Of a stretch of DNA of 64,000 bases, positions 1 to 13,273 are shown piece by piece (the first letter of the stretch is position 1; each line of letters opens with the position of its first letter). Source of the stretch: Felis catus (lineage: Eukaryota); assembly GCF_018350175.1 (NCBI RefSeq), contig NC_058373.1, forward strand, positions 107,138,001 to 107,202,000, in the 5' to 3' direction. The position numbers and the translations under genes were made by a program. Below the pieces are notes generated by a model, which was given only the letters and a program-made list of their open reading frames with translations, did no database searches and was not told where the DNA came from.

Positions 1-107
1 CACTATTTTATTCAACAGATACTTGATAAGTGTTAGGCAGCAGAGTTTCAGGTTATATTCCTTAACAAGTACTTGAAGGTCTCTTTTGCTAATAAAAGGT
101 TTGTCCA

Positions 108-322
108 GGGGCACTGGGTGGTTCAGTTGGTTAAGCTCCCGACTTTGGCTCAGGTCATGATCTCATGGTTAGGGTCTTTGAGCCCCGCCTCTCTGCTGTG
201 AGCACAGAGCCCACTTCAGATCCTCTGTTCCCCTCGCTCTCTGCCTTTCCCCCACGCTCTCTCTCTCTCTCTCACTCTCTCTCTCTCTCTCTCTCTCTCT
301 CAAAAATAAACATTAAAAAAAA
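108..322 (+). mobile_element. Can-SINE (SINEC)
   Basis: GGGGCAC...GGTGGTTCAGTTGGTTAAG tRNA-like head, (CT)n, AATAAA and A tail. Confidence 0.9.
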
Positions 323-354
323 TCTGCCCATGCACTTAAGAAAACTGGTGGCCC

Positions 355-1747
355 ATAGCACAAAAACAGACACATAAGCCAATGGAATAGAATAGAAACC
401 CCAGAACTAGACCCACAAATGTATGGCCAACTAATCTTTGACAAAGCAGGAAAGAACATCCAATAGAAAAAAGACAGTCTCTTTAACAAATGGTGCTGGG
501 AGAACTGGACAGCAACATGCAGAAGGTTGAAACTAGACCACTTTCTCACACCATTCACAAAAATAAACTCAAAATGGATAAAGGACCTAAATGTGAGACA
601 GGAAACCATCAAAACCCTAGAGGAGGAAGCAGGAAAAGACCTCTCTGATCTCAGCTGTAGCAATCTCTTACTCGACACATCCCCAAAGGCAAGGGAATTA
701 AAAGCAAAAATGAATTACTGGGACCTTATGAAGATAAAAAGCTTCTGCACAGCAAAGGAAACAACCAACAAAACTAAAAGGCAACCAACGGAATGGAAAA
801 AGATATTCACAAATGACATATCGGACAAAGGGCTAGTATCCAAAATCTATAAAGAGCTCACCAAACTCCACACCCGAAAAACAAATAACCCAGTGAAGAA
901 ATGGGCAGAAAACATGAATAGACACTTCTCTAAAGAAGACATCTGGATGGCCAACAGGCACATGAAAAGATGCTCAACGTCGCTCTTTATCAGGGAAATA
1001 CAAATCAAAACCACACTCAGATATCACCTCACGCCAGTCAGAGTGGCCAAAATGAACAAATCAGGAGACTACAGATGCTGGAGAGGATGTGGAGAAACGG
1101 GAACCCTCTTGCACTGTTGGTGGGAATGCAAATTGGTGCAGCCGCTCTGGAAAACAGTGTGAAGGTTCCTCAGAAAATTAAAAATAAACCTACCCTATGA
1201 CCCAGCAATAGCACTGCTAGGAATTTACCCAAGGGATACAGGAGTACTGATGCATAGGGGCACTTGTACCCCAATGTTGATAGCAGCACTCTTGACAATA
1301 GCCAAATTATGGAAAGAGCCTAAATGTCCATCAACTGATGAATGGATAAAGAAATTGTGGTTTATATATACAATGGAATACTATTTGTCAATGAGAAAGA
1401 ATGAAATATGGCCTTTTGTAGCAACGTGGATGGAACTGGAGAGTGTGGTGCTAAGTGAAATAAGCCATACAGAGAAAGACAGATACCATACGTTTTCACT
1501 CTTATGTGGATCCTGAGAAACTTAACAGAAACCCATGGGGGAGGGGGAGGGAAAAAAAAAAGAGGTTAGAGTGGGAGAGAGCCAAAGCATAAGAGACTCT
1601 TAAAAACTGAGAACAAACTGAGGGTTGATGGGGGGTGGGAGGGAGGGGAGGGTGGGTGATGGGTATTGAGGAGGGCACCTTTTGGGATGAGCACTGGGTG
1701 TTGTATGGAAACCAATTTGACAATCAATTTCATATATTGAAAAAAAA
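355..1747 (+). mobile_element. 5'-truncated young felid-type LINE-1 (ORF2 3' end, 3' UTR, poly-A)
   Basis: ORF2 C-terminal peptides ([23 protein letters not shown]...[34 protein letters not shown]...), G-rich 3' UTR and A tail. Perfect 17-bp TSD aagaaaactggtggccc at 338-354 and 1748-1764, preceded by TT. Contains stops, so inactive. Confidence 0.95.
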
Positions 1748-2209
1748 AAGAAAACTGGTGGCCCCAAAAGACTTATTAATTCTAAATAAAATGCATCCCA
1801 ACTATCACCTTTGCACATTTTCTGAACATGTATTCTATAAAATGCATCTTGCTAGATACCAGCCACATACATTATCTCATTTAATAATAGTGAGAAATGG
1901 GTATTATTTCCATTTTATAATGAGAAGTTAAAGGTTCTGAAATGTCAATGATTATCACATAGCTAGTCAGTAATCAAACCTGGTTTCAAATCCAGAACTA
2001 CATGATTCCAAAAATTATGTTTCTTGCCCTAAAATCATTATGCCTCATTAAAAAAAAATCATCTAGTATGGTTCTTAAATGTTTAGATGATTTTCTAATC
2101 CTAACATTTTCAGATCTGTCACTTTAATCAATTAATGAGTCAATAAGCATTTATTGACACTTCGGTACAGTGGGCAAAGGATGATCTTTTTTATTAAAAT
2201 GCTGGATCT

Positions 2210-2365
2210 GGGGCACCTGGGTGGCTCAGTCGGTTAAGTGTCTGACTCTTGATCTCAGTTCAGGTCTTGATCTCAGGATTGTGAGTTCAAGCCCCGCAAT
2301 GAGCTCCATGCTGGGCATGGGAACTACTTAAAAACTAAACTAAGCTAAACTAAAACTAAAATGAA
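2210..2365 (+). mobile_element. Short Can-SINE
   Basis: ggggcacctgggtggctcagtcggttaag head and A-rich tail. Confidence 0.85.
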
Positions 2366-3054
2366 ATCCCGGATCAGTTGGAAATTGTAGAGAAATAGCT
2401 ACACCCTGGTAACTTTTATGTATTTACATAGGCCATGCAGGAAAATGCTTGAACCACATCTAATTAGAGTCTTGGTAGAATACTTTGTGATCCTTCCAGG
2501 GCATGAGAGGATAGAAGGCCAGTGAAGAGCTACTCCAAAGCCACGTCCCATTTGCTTCTCCTGAAAGGCTGTTGTGAAACAATTTCTCACTGCCTCCTGG
2601 GTTCTGATGACATTCAAGACTTTCTCCTCCATCCCTCTAAGAATAATGCAGCAGAATATAAAACCACTTAGCCATGCAGTTTAGAGTTGGCTCCTCCGTA
2701 AGGGGGTATCCCACAAACCTAATTGCCATCATCTAGCTCCTTTTGTTTTGGCATTGTCCTTGGTGTGGGGACAAAGACCATGGGAAGCTTTTATGCTTTC
2801 ACTGTCTGTACAGTAAAAAACTACCCGAGTCCAGAAGTGGCTCATTGTATCTTTATGACTAAATCAGTCAGGAATTGGCCTTACCTTGTCTCATGTGTGC
2901 TTGACAGATACTCATATTAAAAAGAGTAAAACTTGATCCCTGACTCACATCACACATAAAGTTGATTTTAGGTGGATTGTAAACCTAAATGTGAAAGACA
3001 AAACAATAAAGCTTCTACTTTCTCAAGACTTCTTCTTTGACACATGGGTTATTA

Positions 3055-3490
3055 TTTTTTTAATGTTTATTCATTTTTTGAAAGAGAGAGAGAGAGAGAG
3101 ACAGAGCATGAGTTGGGGAGGGGCAGAGAGAGAGGCAGACACAGAATCTGAAGCAGGCTCCAGGCTTTGGGCTGTCAGCAGACAGTCCAACGCAGGGCTT
3201 GAACCCACAAACCGCAAGATCATGACCTGCTCCAAAGTTGGATGCTTAACTGACTGAGCCACCCAGCCTCCCTGATACACAGGTTATTTAGTAGTGTGTG
3301 GCTTATTTTCCTAATATATTGGAATTTTCTAGCTTTCTGCTTTTTTCGTTTTATTTTTTAATTTTTTTTTAAGTAGGCTTCATGGCCAGCACAGAGCCCA
3401 ACACAGGGCTTGAACTCATGACCCTGAGATCAAGACCTGAGCTGAGATCAAGAATCCAAGGTTTAACTGACTGAGCCGTCCAGGTGACTC
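3055..3490 (-). mobile_element. Two Can-SINEs (~3055-3275, ~3345-3490) within old L1 sequence
   Basis: Reverse-complement SINE heads (gactgagccacccag), (GA)n and T tails. Confidence 0.85.
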
Positions 3491-4110
3491 TCTGTTTTGT
3501 TTTGTTTTGTTTTTTCTAGTTTAATTCTATTGTGGTCTGAGGAACACACTAACATACTTTATAGGATTTATATTCTAAGTTTGTTCAGGTGTGTTTTCTG
3601 GTCTAGAATATGGTCTATTTTGATGAATGTTCCGTGTGAACTTGAAAAGAATGTGTATTCTGCTTTTTTTTTTTTTTTGGATGAAGTACTTTATAAGTGT
3701 CAATATTAGATCAAGATAATTGGTGGTGCTATTCAGTTCAACTATATCCTTACTGGTTTTCTGCCTGCATGATCTACCAATTACTGAAAGAAAGGAGTTG
3801 AAGTCTCCAACTATAATGAAGGGGGAGCATACTGTAATTCCATGATTGTCTCAGTTTTTCAGTGAGCCTGTATTTCTGGGCTGAGATCTTGTTTTTTCCC
3901 ATAGGTGAGACAGAAAGGCTAGAAGAGGCTGGAGTTGGGTAATTTTCCTTCCCCCACTTCAGATAAAGCTCTGGTAATCTTTTCTGTTGCTAAATATGCC
4001 TTTGTTAAGGAGAATACACTAGATGTATTTCAAAAGGGTTGCTTTTCCCCTCCCACTAGCAGAAACATGAAGGTTTATCTTGCCTCTTCACTCTAAGAAA
4101 CTGGTAGAAT

Positions 4111-5161
4111 CAGCAAAACTGAAAGGCAACTGATGGAATGGGAGACGATATTTGCAAATGATGCAAAGGACATATCAGATAAAGGGTTAGTATCCAAAAT
4201 CTATAAAGAACTTATCAAACTCAACACCCAAAAAACAAATAATCCAGTGAAGAAATGGGCAAAAGACATGAATAGACACTTCTCCAAAGAAGACATCCTG
4301 ATGGCTAACAGACATGTGAAAAAATGCTCAACATCACTCATCATCAGGGAAATACAAATCAAAACCACAATGAATATCACCTCACACCTGTCAGAATGGC
4401 TAAAATTAACAACTCAGGAAACAACAGATGTTAGTGAGGTTGCAGAGAAAGGGGAACCCTTTTGCACTGCTGGTGGGAATATAAACTTGTACAGCCACTC
4501 TGGAAAACAATATGGAGGTTCCTTAAAAAACTAAAAATAGAACTACCCTGTGATCCAGCAATTGCCCTACTAGGTATTTATCCAAAGGATACAAAAATGG
4601 TGATTTGAAGGGGCACATGCACCTCAATGTTTATAGCAGCACTATTGACAGTAGCCAAATTACAGAAAGAGCCCAAATGTCTGTTGACTGACAAATGGAT
4701 AAATAAGATGTGTTATATATATACAACAGAATAGTACTCGGCAGTCAAAAATAATGAAATCTTGCTATTTGCAAAAACGTGGTTGGAACTACTGTGTATT
4801 ATGCTAAGTGAAATAAGTCAGAGAAAGACAAATATCATATGATTTCACTCATATATAGAATTTAATAAACAAAATAGATGAACAGAGGGGAAGGGAAGCA
4901 AAAATAAGGTAAAAACAGAGAGGGAGGCAAACCATAAGAGACTCTTAAATACAGAGAGAACAAACTGAGGGTTGCTGGAGGGGTGTTAGGTGGGGGAATG
5001 GACAAAATGGGTAATGGGCGTTAAGGAGGTCACTTGTTGGGATGAGCCTTTGGTGTTATATGTAAGTGATAAATCACTAAATTCTACTCCTGATATCATT
5101 ATTATACTATATGTTAACTAACTTGAATTTAAATTAAAAAATTAAAAATTAAAAAAATTAA
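4111..5161 (+). mobile_element. 5'-truncated carnivore LINE-1
   Basis: ORF2 peptide EWETIFAND...[42 protein letters not shown], an (AAAAATT)n tail, and TSD aaactggtagaat at 4098-4110 and 5162-5174. Confidence 0.92.
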
Positions 5162-5214
5162 AAACTGGTAGAATTCCTAGAGGTGAAGCTGATAAAAGTA
5201 TGAGGGCTTCCTAG

Positions 5215-6430
5215 GACTGCATCAAACTAAAAAGTTTCTTCACAGCTTTTGAAAATCAAAAGTATGAAAAGGCAACCTGTGGAATAGAAAAAAACAATTA
5301 AATTAAATAGAAAAAAATTCTAAAATTTGTATGGAACCACAAAAGACCCCAAATAGCCAAAGCAACCTTGAGAAAGAACAAAGCTGAAAGCATCACACTT
5401 CCTGATTTCAAACTGTACTACCCAGATGTCGTAATCAAAACGATATGGTACTGGCACAAAAACAGACACATTGACCAATGGAACAGAACCAAGAGCCCAA
5501 AAATAAACCCAGACATATACAGTCAACTAATACTTTGACAAATGAGCCAAGAAAACCCAATGAGGAAAGGATAGTCTCTTCAACAAATGATGGTAGGAAA
5601 ACCAGATATCCATATGCAAAAGAATGAAATTGGACTAAGTTTGGACAATCATAAAAAAAATTACTATAAACAACTGAGTGCAGATTTTTTGTGTACATAT
5701 AAGTTTTCACTTCCTTTGGGAGAATACCAAGAAGTTCAATTGCTGGATCATATAGTAAGAGTCTGTTTCGTTTTGTAAGAAACTGCCAACCGTCTTCCAA
5801 AGTGGCTATACCACTTTGCACTCCCACCAGCAAATTATAAGAGCTCCTGTTGCTCCTCATCCTCACCAGCATTTGGTGTTGTCAGTGTTTTAGATTTGGG
5901 CCATGTTAATAAGTATGCAGTTGTACTTTATTGCTGTTTTACTTTGCAATTCTCTAATGACATATCACGTTCAGCATTTTTTCATAGGCTTATTTGCCAT
6001 CTGTATCTCTTCTTTTGTGAGGTGTCTGTTCAGATCTTTGGCCCATTTTTTTAACCAAGTGGTTTTTTTCTTATTCTTGAGGGTTTTTTTTTTTAATTTT
6101 TTTAATGTTTATTTATTGTTGAGAGAGAGACAGAGAGAGAGCGTGAGCGGAGGAGGGGCAGAGAGAGAGGGAGACAAGAATCCAAAGTCTCTGAGCTGTC
6201 AACACAGAGCCCAATGCAGGGTTCGAACTCATGAATCATGAGATCATGACCTGAGCCAAAGTTGGATGCTTAACCAACTGAGCCACCCAAGCACCCCTCT
6301 TATTGGTGAGTTTTCAGAGCTCTTCATATATTTTGGATAACAGTCCTCTATCACATGTGTCTTTTACAAATATTTTCTTCTAGTCTATGGCTTGTCTTCT
6401 CATTCTCTTGACAGTGTCTTTTGCAGAGCA
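5215..6430. mobile_element. Older L1 ORF2 fragments in both orientations (+ ~5215-5635, - ~5660-6430) with a nested SINE at ~6085-6297
   Basis: ORF2-like sequence on + (aaagacccCaaatagccaaagca...ggtactggcacaaaaacagacac) and L1 3' ORF2 sequence on -. Confidence 0.75.
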
Positions 6431-6835
6431 TGTATATTGCTTTTTTAAACTGAACTCATATAAGAAGCATTCCTCATACTATTATAAGAAACTTGCAATT
6501 TTATTGTGATAAAATATACATAACATAAAATTTACCATTTTAACCATTTTTAGGTATACATTTCAGTGATAGTAAGTACAGTCACATGGTTGTGCAACTA
6601 TCATCACTCTGTCTCCAGAACTTTTCATCCTCCTAAACTGAAACACCATACCCATTAAACAACAACTCCCTATTTCCTACCCCATTCACCACCCCTGGCA
6701 ACCACCATTCTGCTTTTTGTCTCTATAAATTTGACTATCTGGGTACCTCATATACGTGGAATCATGCAATATTTGTCCTTTTGACCTTGCAATTTAACAT
6801 TACAATATTATTCAGTTAGGACATAATATTAAATA

Positions 6836-7153
6836 CAGTTGACCCTTGAAGGGTTAAGGGTGCCAACTACCATGCAGCTAAAAATCCATGTATAACTTTT
6901 CACTCCCCCAAAACTGAACTGCCTCCTGTTGATTGATAACATAAACACTCAGTTAACACATATTTTGTATGTTATGCATATTTTATACTGTATTCTTACA
7001 ATAAAGTAAACTAGAGAAAAGAAAACCATATTCATATCGTTATCAAGAAAACCATGAGGAAGAGAAAATACATTTACAGCACTGTACTGTAAAAACAATC
7101 TGTGTATAAGTGAACCAGCCTAGTTCAAACCCCTAGTGTTCAATGGTCAACAG
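6836..7153. mobile_element. Tigger2-like (TcMar) non-autonomous DNA transposon
   Basis: TIRs cagttgacccttgaa (6836-6850) and ttcaatggtcaacag (7139-7153), each flanked by a TA target-site dinucleotide. Confidence 0.8.
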
Positions 7154-8998
7154 TAAACAGAATTTATTGACTCTTTTCCTATTGCTGAATATGTCTGTTG
7201 CAGTTCTTATGTTTCACTTTAGATTAGTGTATTTATGCATTATATGTTTTATGTGACATTATATCTGTAGAATAGATTCCTAGGGGTGTAATCACTGAAA
7301 ACGAAGTGTAGCAGTATGTTTAAGAATCTTCATACAGTTTTCCCACTTTGCAAAACAGTCTTATCAGTTTGTGCACTCAGAAATTATGTAAGACAGTGCC
7401 TATTTCACCACACTCTCACCAGTATTATAATCTTCCCAAAGCTAATTTGGCCAGGGGAAAAAAAGCATCTGTTATCATATACCTGTGACACTTGTGAGAC
7501 TGACCAATTTTCCATGTTTGTTAGGTAAACTCTCTTTTGTAGACTGTTCAGACCCTTTCTTCATTCACCTAATCTATCTATGATTTTCTTATAAATGTAT
7601 ATAATAAAATTAGCAATCTTTTGTCTATCATATGTTTTGTGAATACTTTCTCAGCATGTTTGTTTTTACATTTTTATTTCTTTTTTAACATAGAATGGTT
7701 TCCAGGAATTTTTAAAAATAGGATACAGTTAGGAGAAGGAAGAAGAATGGTCAAGGTGAAATTTAGAATTCTCTTTCACGTGTGTGACTTCACAAGACAT
7801 TAACTATTCATTCCTAAGACAGTCAAATTCTCTAAGTTTTCTACATCTCAGCCAATGCTTTTGCATAATATTTAAAAGCAAATTGGCAATTAACCTTGGA
7901 CAATAAAGCAATGATGTAAAATGACCTTTGCAATAAACACTGTTTAAGAGTCAGGTGGCTCCAGTCAGCACCAGCTGGAACTACTCTATAGAATAAAATG
8001 TGTATTACTCTCTGCTGTTTTCAATCCCAAATACAACTAAGGTCATTACTAATTTGTACCAAAGATTTCAGAGCAACTAATAGACCATAACCAAGATATA
8101 CAATTCTTATCTTGTGAACAAAGGCCAAACAATTTGAGTTGTCACTGATTTCACTATGTAGAGCCTTATTTTTCTTTATCCATATTTTGAGAATAAGCAT
8201 CTTTCCTTGGTAGGCCAGATAACAGAATTTAGGAAAGGAGAAAAAAAGACCTCAACATAGAAAATATAAAAATTATTACAATCTTGAGCAAGCCACAGAG
8301 AGTCCTAGGACATTTGTTTATGCACCTGGGCATTTATGAAAACTAGAGGAAAAGAAAAGCTGCATTTGTTGTGACGGTAACACTCCACTTTGCTTTGCAA
8401 GAGGAGGGAGTCTACCATAGTTTCTCTGCCCACACCCGGTATGCAAGGACATTTTGCAAAAGAAATTAGTGAGGATGAAAATCTAAGTCACTCAAGGTCT
8501 ACATGACTCAAAAGGCAAAACTGGTCTCAGATTCCTCTTCTACCCAAATTGGAGTGAAGATTATAACTCTGGGGGCTTACAAAGGACAAGATGAATGGTG
8601 CTGCCACTACCACAGTCCCCACAGTTTCTGAGATCTACGAATGTGAACCAAGTCCAAGCCAGATTTACCGCGGTTCCATAAGCCCAGGGTTACAAAGGTG
8701 CAACATTGAAATGGTTTCACCTCTGTGCCAAACAAGCAATAGGAAAAGATGAATTGATTTTGTTTTGTTCTTTGTAACAACACTACAATGTTTGTTTTTA
8801 AAGCAGGTTTCATATGAACATATTATCTTATTAATTTATTTGAACCCTGCCACCACCCTGGGAGCCAGGCACCTCTGTATCTCCCATGTATCTGAAGGTG
8901 ACTTGACTATAGAAAGTATTCAATAAATGCTTTTTGAATAAATACATATGTAAGCAAAGTTCCCTCTTCAAAACTGATCACAAGAATAGGTTAGCCCT

Positions 8999-9225
8999 GG
9001 GGCGCCTGGGTGGCAAAGTCGGTTGAGTGTCCGACTTCAGCCAGGTCACAATCTCGCGGTCCGTGAGTTCGAGCCCCGCGTCAGGCTCTGGGCTGATGGC
9101 TCAGAGCCTGGAGCCTGTTTCCGATTCTGTGTCTCCCTCTCTCTCTGCCCCTCCCCCGTTCATGCTCTGTCTCTCTCTGTCCCAAAAATAAATAAAAAAC
9201 GTTGAAAAAAAATTAAAAAAAAAAA
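8999..9225 (+). mobile_element. Young felid SINE (SINEC_Fc-type)
   Basis: CpG-retaining head; perfect 17-bp TSD aagaataggttagccct at 8982-8998 and 9226-9242. Confidence 0.95.
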
Positions 9226-11044
9226 AAGAATAGGTTAGCCCTCACATCTGAAATGTAAGGAAGTGGTTTGTTTCTTGATAATTCTCACACACACATACAC
9301 ATGTGCGCACACACACACGTGTGCACATGTACCAACACAAAGCATGATGCGTTAAGATAAAAACAGTTAATTATACTTTATTAAATGAGTCACATCAGTT
9401 ACCATACCTTTCCTTCACTCAAACCCAATTCCACTTTCTTTTCCATTTTTATTGAGAAATAATGAACGTATACCACTGTGTATGTCAAAGGAGTACAACG
9501 TGATGGTATGGTTTACATATACCATGAAATGATTACCATAATAAGTTCTGCTAACATGTATCTTCTTATATAGATACAGTAAAAAGACAAGAAAGGATAA
9601 AAGAAAAATAATTGTCTCCTTGTGATGAGAGCTATTAGGATTTACTCTCTTAACAACTTTCCTGTATATCATACAGCAGTGTTAGCAATAGTCATCATGT
9701 TGTAATTACATCCCTAATACTCATTTATCTTGTAACTGAACATTTGTAGATTTGACCATCTTTTCCCTCCCCTAACCCTGCCTGGTTACTATTTTTTAAT
9801 TCTGTAACAAGATCTTCTGAAATGACATATTTTAAAAACTAAGTAAGCATATGGTATAGCATCTAGCCCACTGGTTATCCTTGGGTTGTGATGGGGGAAA
9901 TGACAGTGTTTGGAAGTCCAGGAGTACGACATGGTGCTCCATCAAGGTTTGTGAAGGTGATACAAGGAGAGAGGCCAGGAATCAAGATTCGAAGATCTCC
10001 TGCAGTCCTCCCCTGCTCCAAACTGGTAATTCTGGGAGCATAAAATTGAAAATGGGAGTTTACAACAACTTCAATGGGCAAAATGTGACTAAGAAAGGAT
10101 ACACATTTGAGAAAATCAAGGAATCTTATGTCAAAATGTGGGCAAAATAGTGTAAAGACACAAAAGTGTGTGAATGAGAAGTAATATATAATACATGACA
10201 AACAAATCCACTTCAGAATAAACAAATGAGAAGATATTAGATATTTGGATTGAGAAACTGAGACCATTGACAAAAATTACTTTGTGTTATTATTCATTTT
10301 CTGCAATACATCTTCCATGGCCCTCCTTTAATTCTTCGTCTGTATTATAACATTTATGAGTTCATCCCCCCACCTTGGGTTTTAGCTCCTCTCATGTAAC
10401 CATGAATCATACATCATTGTATTCTCGGGAATGGGAACATTGAAGACTTTAAAAAATGTTTTTTCTTAAAAATAAATAATAATAAATTTTAAAACTTTTC
10501 TGTTTTTTCAGATTTTTCTCTGTACCTTTTTATATAAGGATGTTTAGTTCAAAACAAACAAAACAAGCAAGCAAACAAGCAAACTCTAGGTTTTAATCCC
10601 AATTAATTCTCTGTGAGATTTTAGGAAAATTACCTAACAGCATTTTTGAGCCTTGGTTTGCATTCTCATATGATGATGACAATGGTGATGGTGATGGCTA
10701 TTCATTATTTAGTTGCTGCTGTATGCCATGTGGTATAACAAATTTATGACCGATCTTTGTAGTAACCACTCAAGGTGTGTATTGTTATCTGTATTGTATA
10801 GAAGAGGACTCAGAGGCCCAGATAAAAAGTTAGGAAATATATATAGTTAATAATTTGAGAGCTAGCAATTGGACTACAAGTTCTGCCTTTAACACCCATG
10901 ATACACCTTAGATTTTGCGCCCTAACTCCATTTATAATATACCTACAGGGTATGTCCCAGCTCTTCATTACTCCTCTCCTTTGTGTTTTTCTAATTTGGA
11001 AGACTTTACTTCTTTTTTTTTTAATGCTTCTACGTATGTTTATT

Positions 11045-11795
11045 TTTTTCTTTCTCCAAATTTTTATTTAAATTCCAGTTAGTTAGGGGCGCCTGAGTGG
11101 CTCAGTCGGTTGAGCGTCCGACTTCAGCTCAGGTCACGATCTCACGGTCCGTGAGTTCGAGCCCCGCGTCGGGCTCTGGTCCGACAGCTCAGAGCCTGGA
11201 GCCTGCTTCCGATTCTGTGTCTCCCTCTCTCTCTGCCCCTCCCCCGTTCATGCTCTGTCTCTCTCTGTCTCAAAAGTAAATAAATGTTAAAAAAATTTTT
11301 TTTTTAAAAAGTAAATTCCAGTTAGTTAACATACTGTATAATATTAGTTTCAGGTATAGAATGTAGTGATTCATCACTTACGTAAACATCCAGTGCTCAT
11401 CACAAGTGACCTCCTTAATACCTGTCACCCATTTATACCTGTATATACCTGTCCCTGCTTACCTCTCCTCCAGGAGCCCTCAGTTTCTTCTCTATAGTTA
11501 AGAGTCTGTTTCCTGGTTTGCTTCTATCTTCTTTTTTTCCCTCTATGTTCATCTGTTTGTTTTCTTAAATTCCACATATGCATGAAATCATATGGTATTT
11601 GCCTTTCTCTGACTGATTTATTTCACTTAGCATAATACTCTCTAGCTCCATCCACATCATTGCAAATGGCAAGATTTCATTCTTTGCCACGTATTTTTGG
11701 CACGTATTTGCCAAAAATTTGCCACGTATTTGCATCCATTGTATATATATATGCCACGTATTCTGTATCCATTCATGACATTTGTGCTCTTTCCA
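11045..11795 (-). mobile_element. Carnivore L1 3' end interrupted by a SINE
   Basis: Reverse complement of L1 3' UTR and ORF2 end (gactgatttatttcacttagcataatactctctagctccatcc), similar to the L1 at 4111-5161. Confidence 0.85.
11086..11311 (+). mobile_element. Young felid SINE inserted in the tail of a minus-strand L1
   Basis: Perfect 17-bp TSD taaattccagttagtta at 11069-11085 and 11312-11328. Confidence 0.95.
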
Positions 11796-12339
11796 TATGG
11801 AAAAGACTTTTCTTGAAGGAATAAATAAACTTATTTTCCATTTTACATCCTGCCTTTTCTCCTGTCCCCTCCTTTTATCCTTTATCTTCCTTCTTTTTTT
11901 CTTTTTCTCTTGTTAGAATAGAAATCAAAACACCCGTGTTCCAGCCCTGGTTCAGATGCTAACTCTGTGGGTCACTGATATTTTACCCTATCAAAATAAG
12001 GTATAACAGGGTAAATATTACCCTATCAAAATAGGGAATAATAGCACCTATCCTTCTCTAACTCACTGACAGAAATATCACATAAATTCTAGTGAAATCA
12101 CACATGAGATATCAATCAAGAGAAAGGAATTAGATAAATCAAAGGTATTGTTTTGATAATTTTTATCTACTCACTAAACCATAGACTTGTCTACAAAATT
12201 AAGAAACAATTAGGAAAACCTAGAAATGAGTAAACAGGTGCAGCAAGGGAAGGGTGACAAACTCTCCAAGGGGTGTCCAAGGACCCATTAGTGCCCCATC
12301 AACTTGTTTTCCTTTCCTAGTTAAAAATATAGCATTACT

Positions 12340-12554
12340 CAGGGCACCTGAGTGGCTCAGTCAGTTGACTATTTCAGCTCAGGTCATGATTTCATGGTTC
12401 ATGGGATGGAGCCCCTAGTCAGGCTCCATGCTGACAATGCCCAGCCTTCTTGGGTTTCTCTCTCTGCCCTTCCCTGATTCGTGTACTTGTGCATGCACTC
12501 TCTCTCTCTCTCTTACTCTCTAAATAAATAAATAAATAAACAAACATTTATATA

Positions 12555-12602
<48 letters not shown>

Positions 12603-12702
12603 TATAGCATTAAATAGCGTTATGTAGCATTAAATATACATGTATATACATATATACATATATATACATATATTATGTAGCATTAAATATATATGTGTAT
12701 AT

Positions 12703-12748
<46 letters not shown>

Positions 12749-12755
12749 ATATATG
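12340..12755 (+). repeat. Can-SINE followed by a complex (TA)n/(TATG)n/(CA)n microsatellite (~12548-12755)
   Basis: SINE head at ~12340; the tail has expanded into TA-rich repeats. Confidence 0.9.
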
Positions 12756-13035
12756 ATTACTCACAACATTCTATGGAAAGCTAAGCAAAACTAACCCCAA
12801 ATTGGACAATTGATCTCAGCATATGTCTGAGTTTACCAAAGGCTCTGAAGGACGATAGCCCTTTGAAAAACCAAATTATTTACAGAAACAGCATTTTTCA
12901 ACTTTGCTTAAAATAGGATTAGAAATAGCCCCTGCACCACCACCACTCCCTCCCCTCCAGCTTTTCTCATTCTGTTCTACATATAAAATATATTTGGGAT
13001 CTGACTCTTCAGATAATATTAACAGTTCTCTAACA

Positions 13036-13273
13036 GTTTTTTTTTTCTTTTCTTTTTTTTAATTTTTTTTCAACGTTTATTTATTTTTGGGACAGAGAGA
13101 GACAGAGCATGAACGGGGGAGGGGCAGAGAGAGAGGGAGACACAGAATCGGAAACAGGCTCCAGGCTCTGAGCCGTCAGCCCAGAGCCTGACGCAGGGCT
13201 CGAACTCCCGGACTGCGAGATCATGACCTGGCTGAAGTCGGAGGCTTAACCGACTGCGCCACCCAGGCGCCCC
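13036..13273 (-). mobile_element. Young felid SINE
   Basis: Near-identical reverse complement of the 8999 and 14654 copies. Confidence 0.93.

Noticed and set aside
527..1516. L1 ORF2-like ORFs as an active gene
   Set aside because: 5'-truncated, broken by stops, and lacking the EN/RT core.
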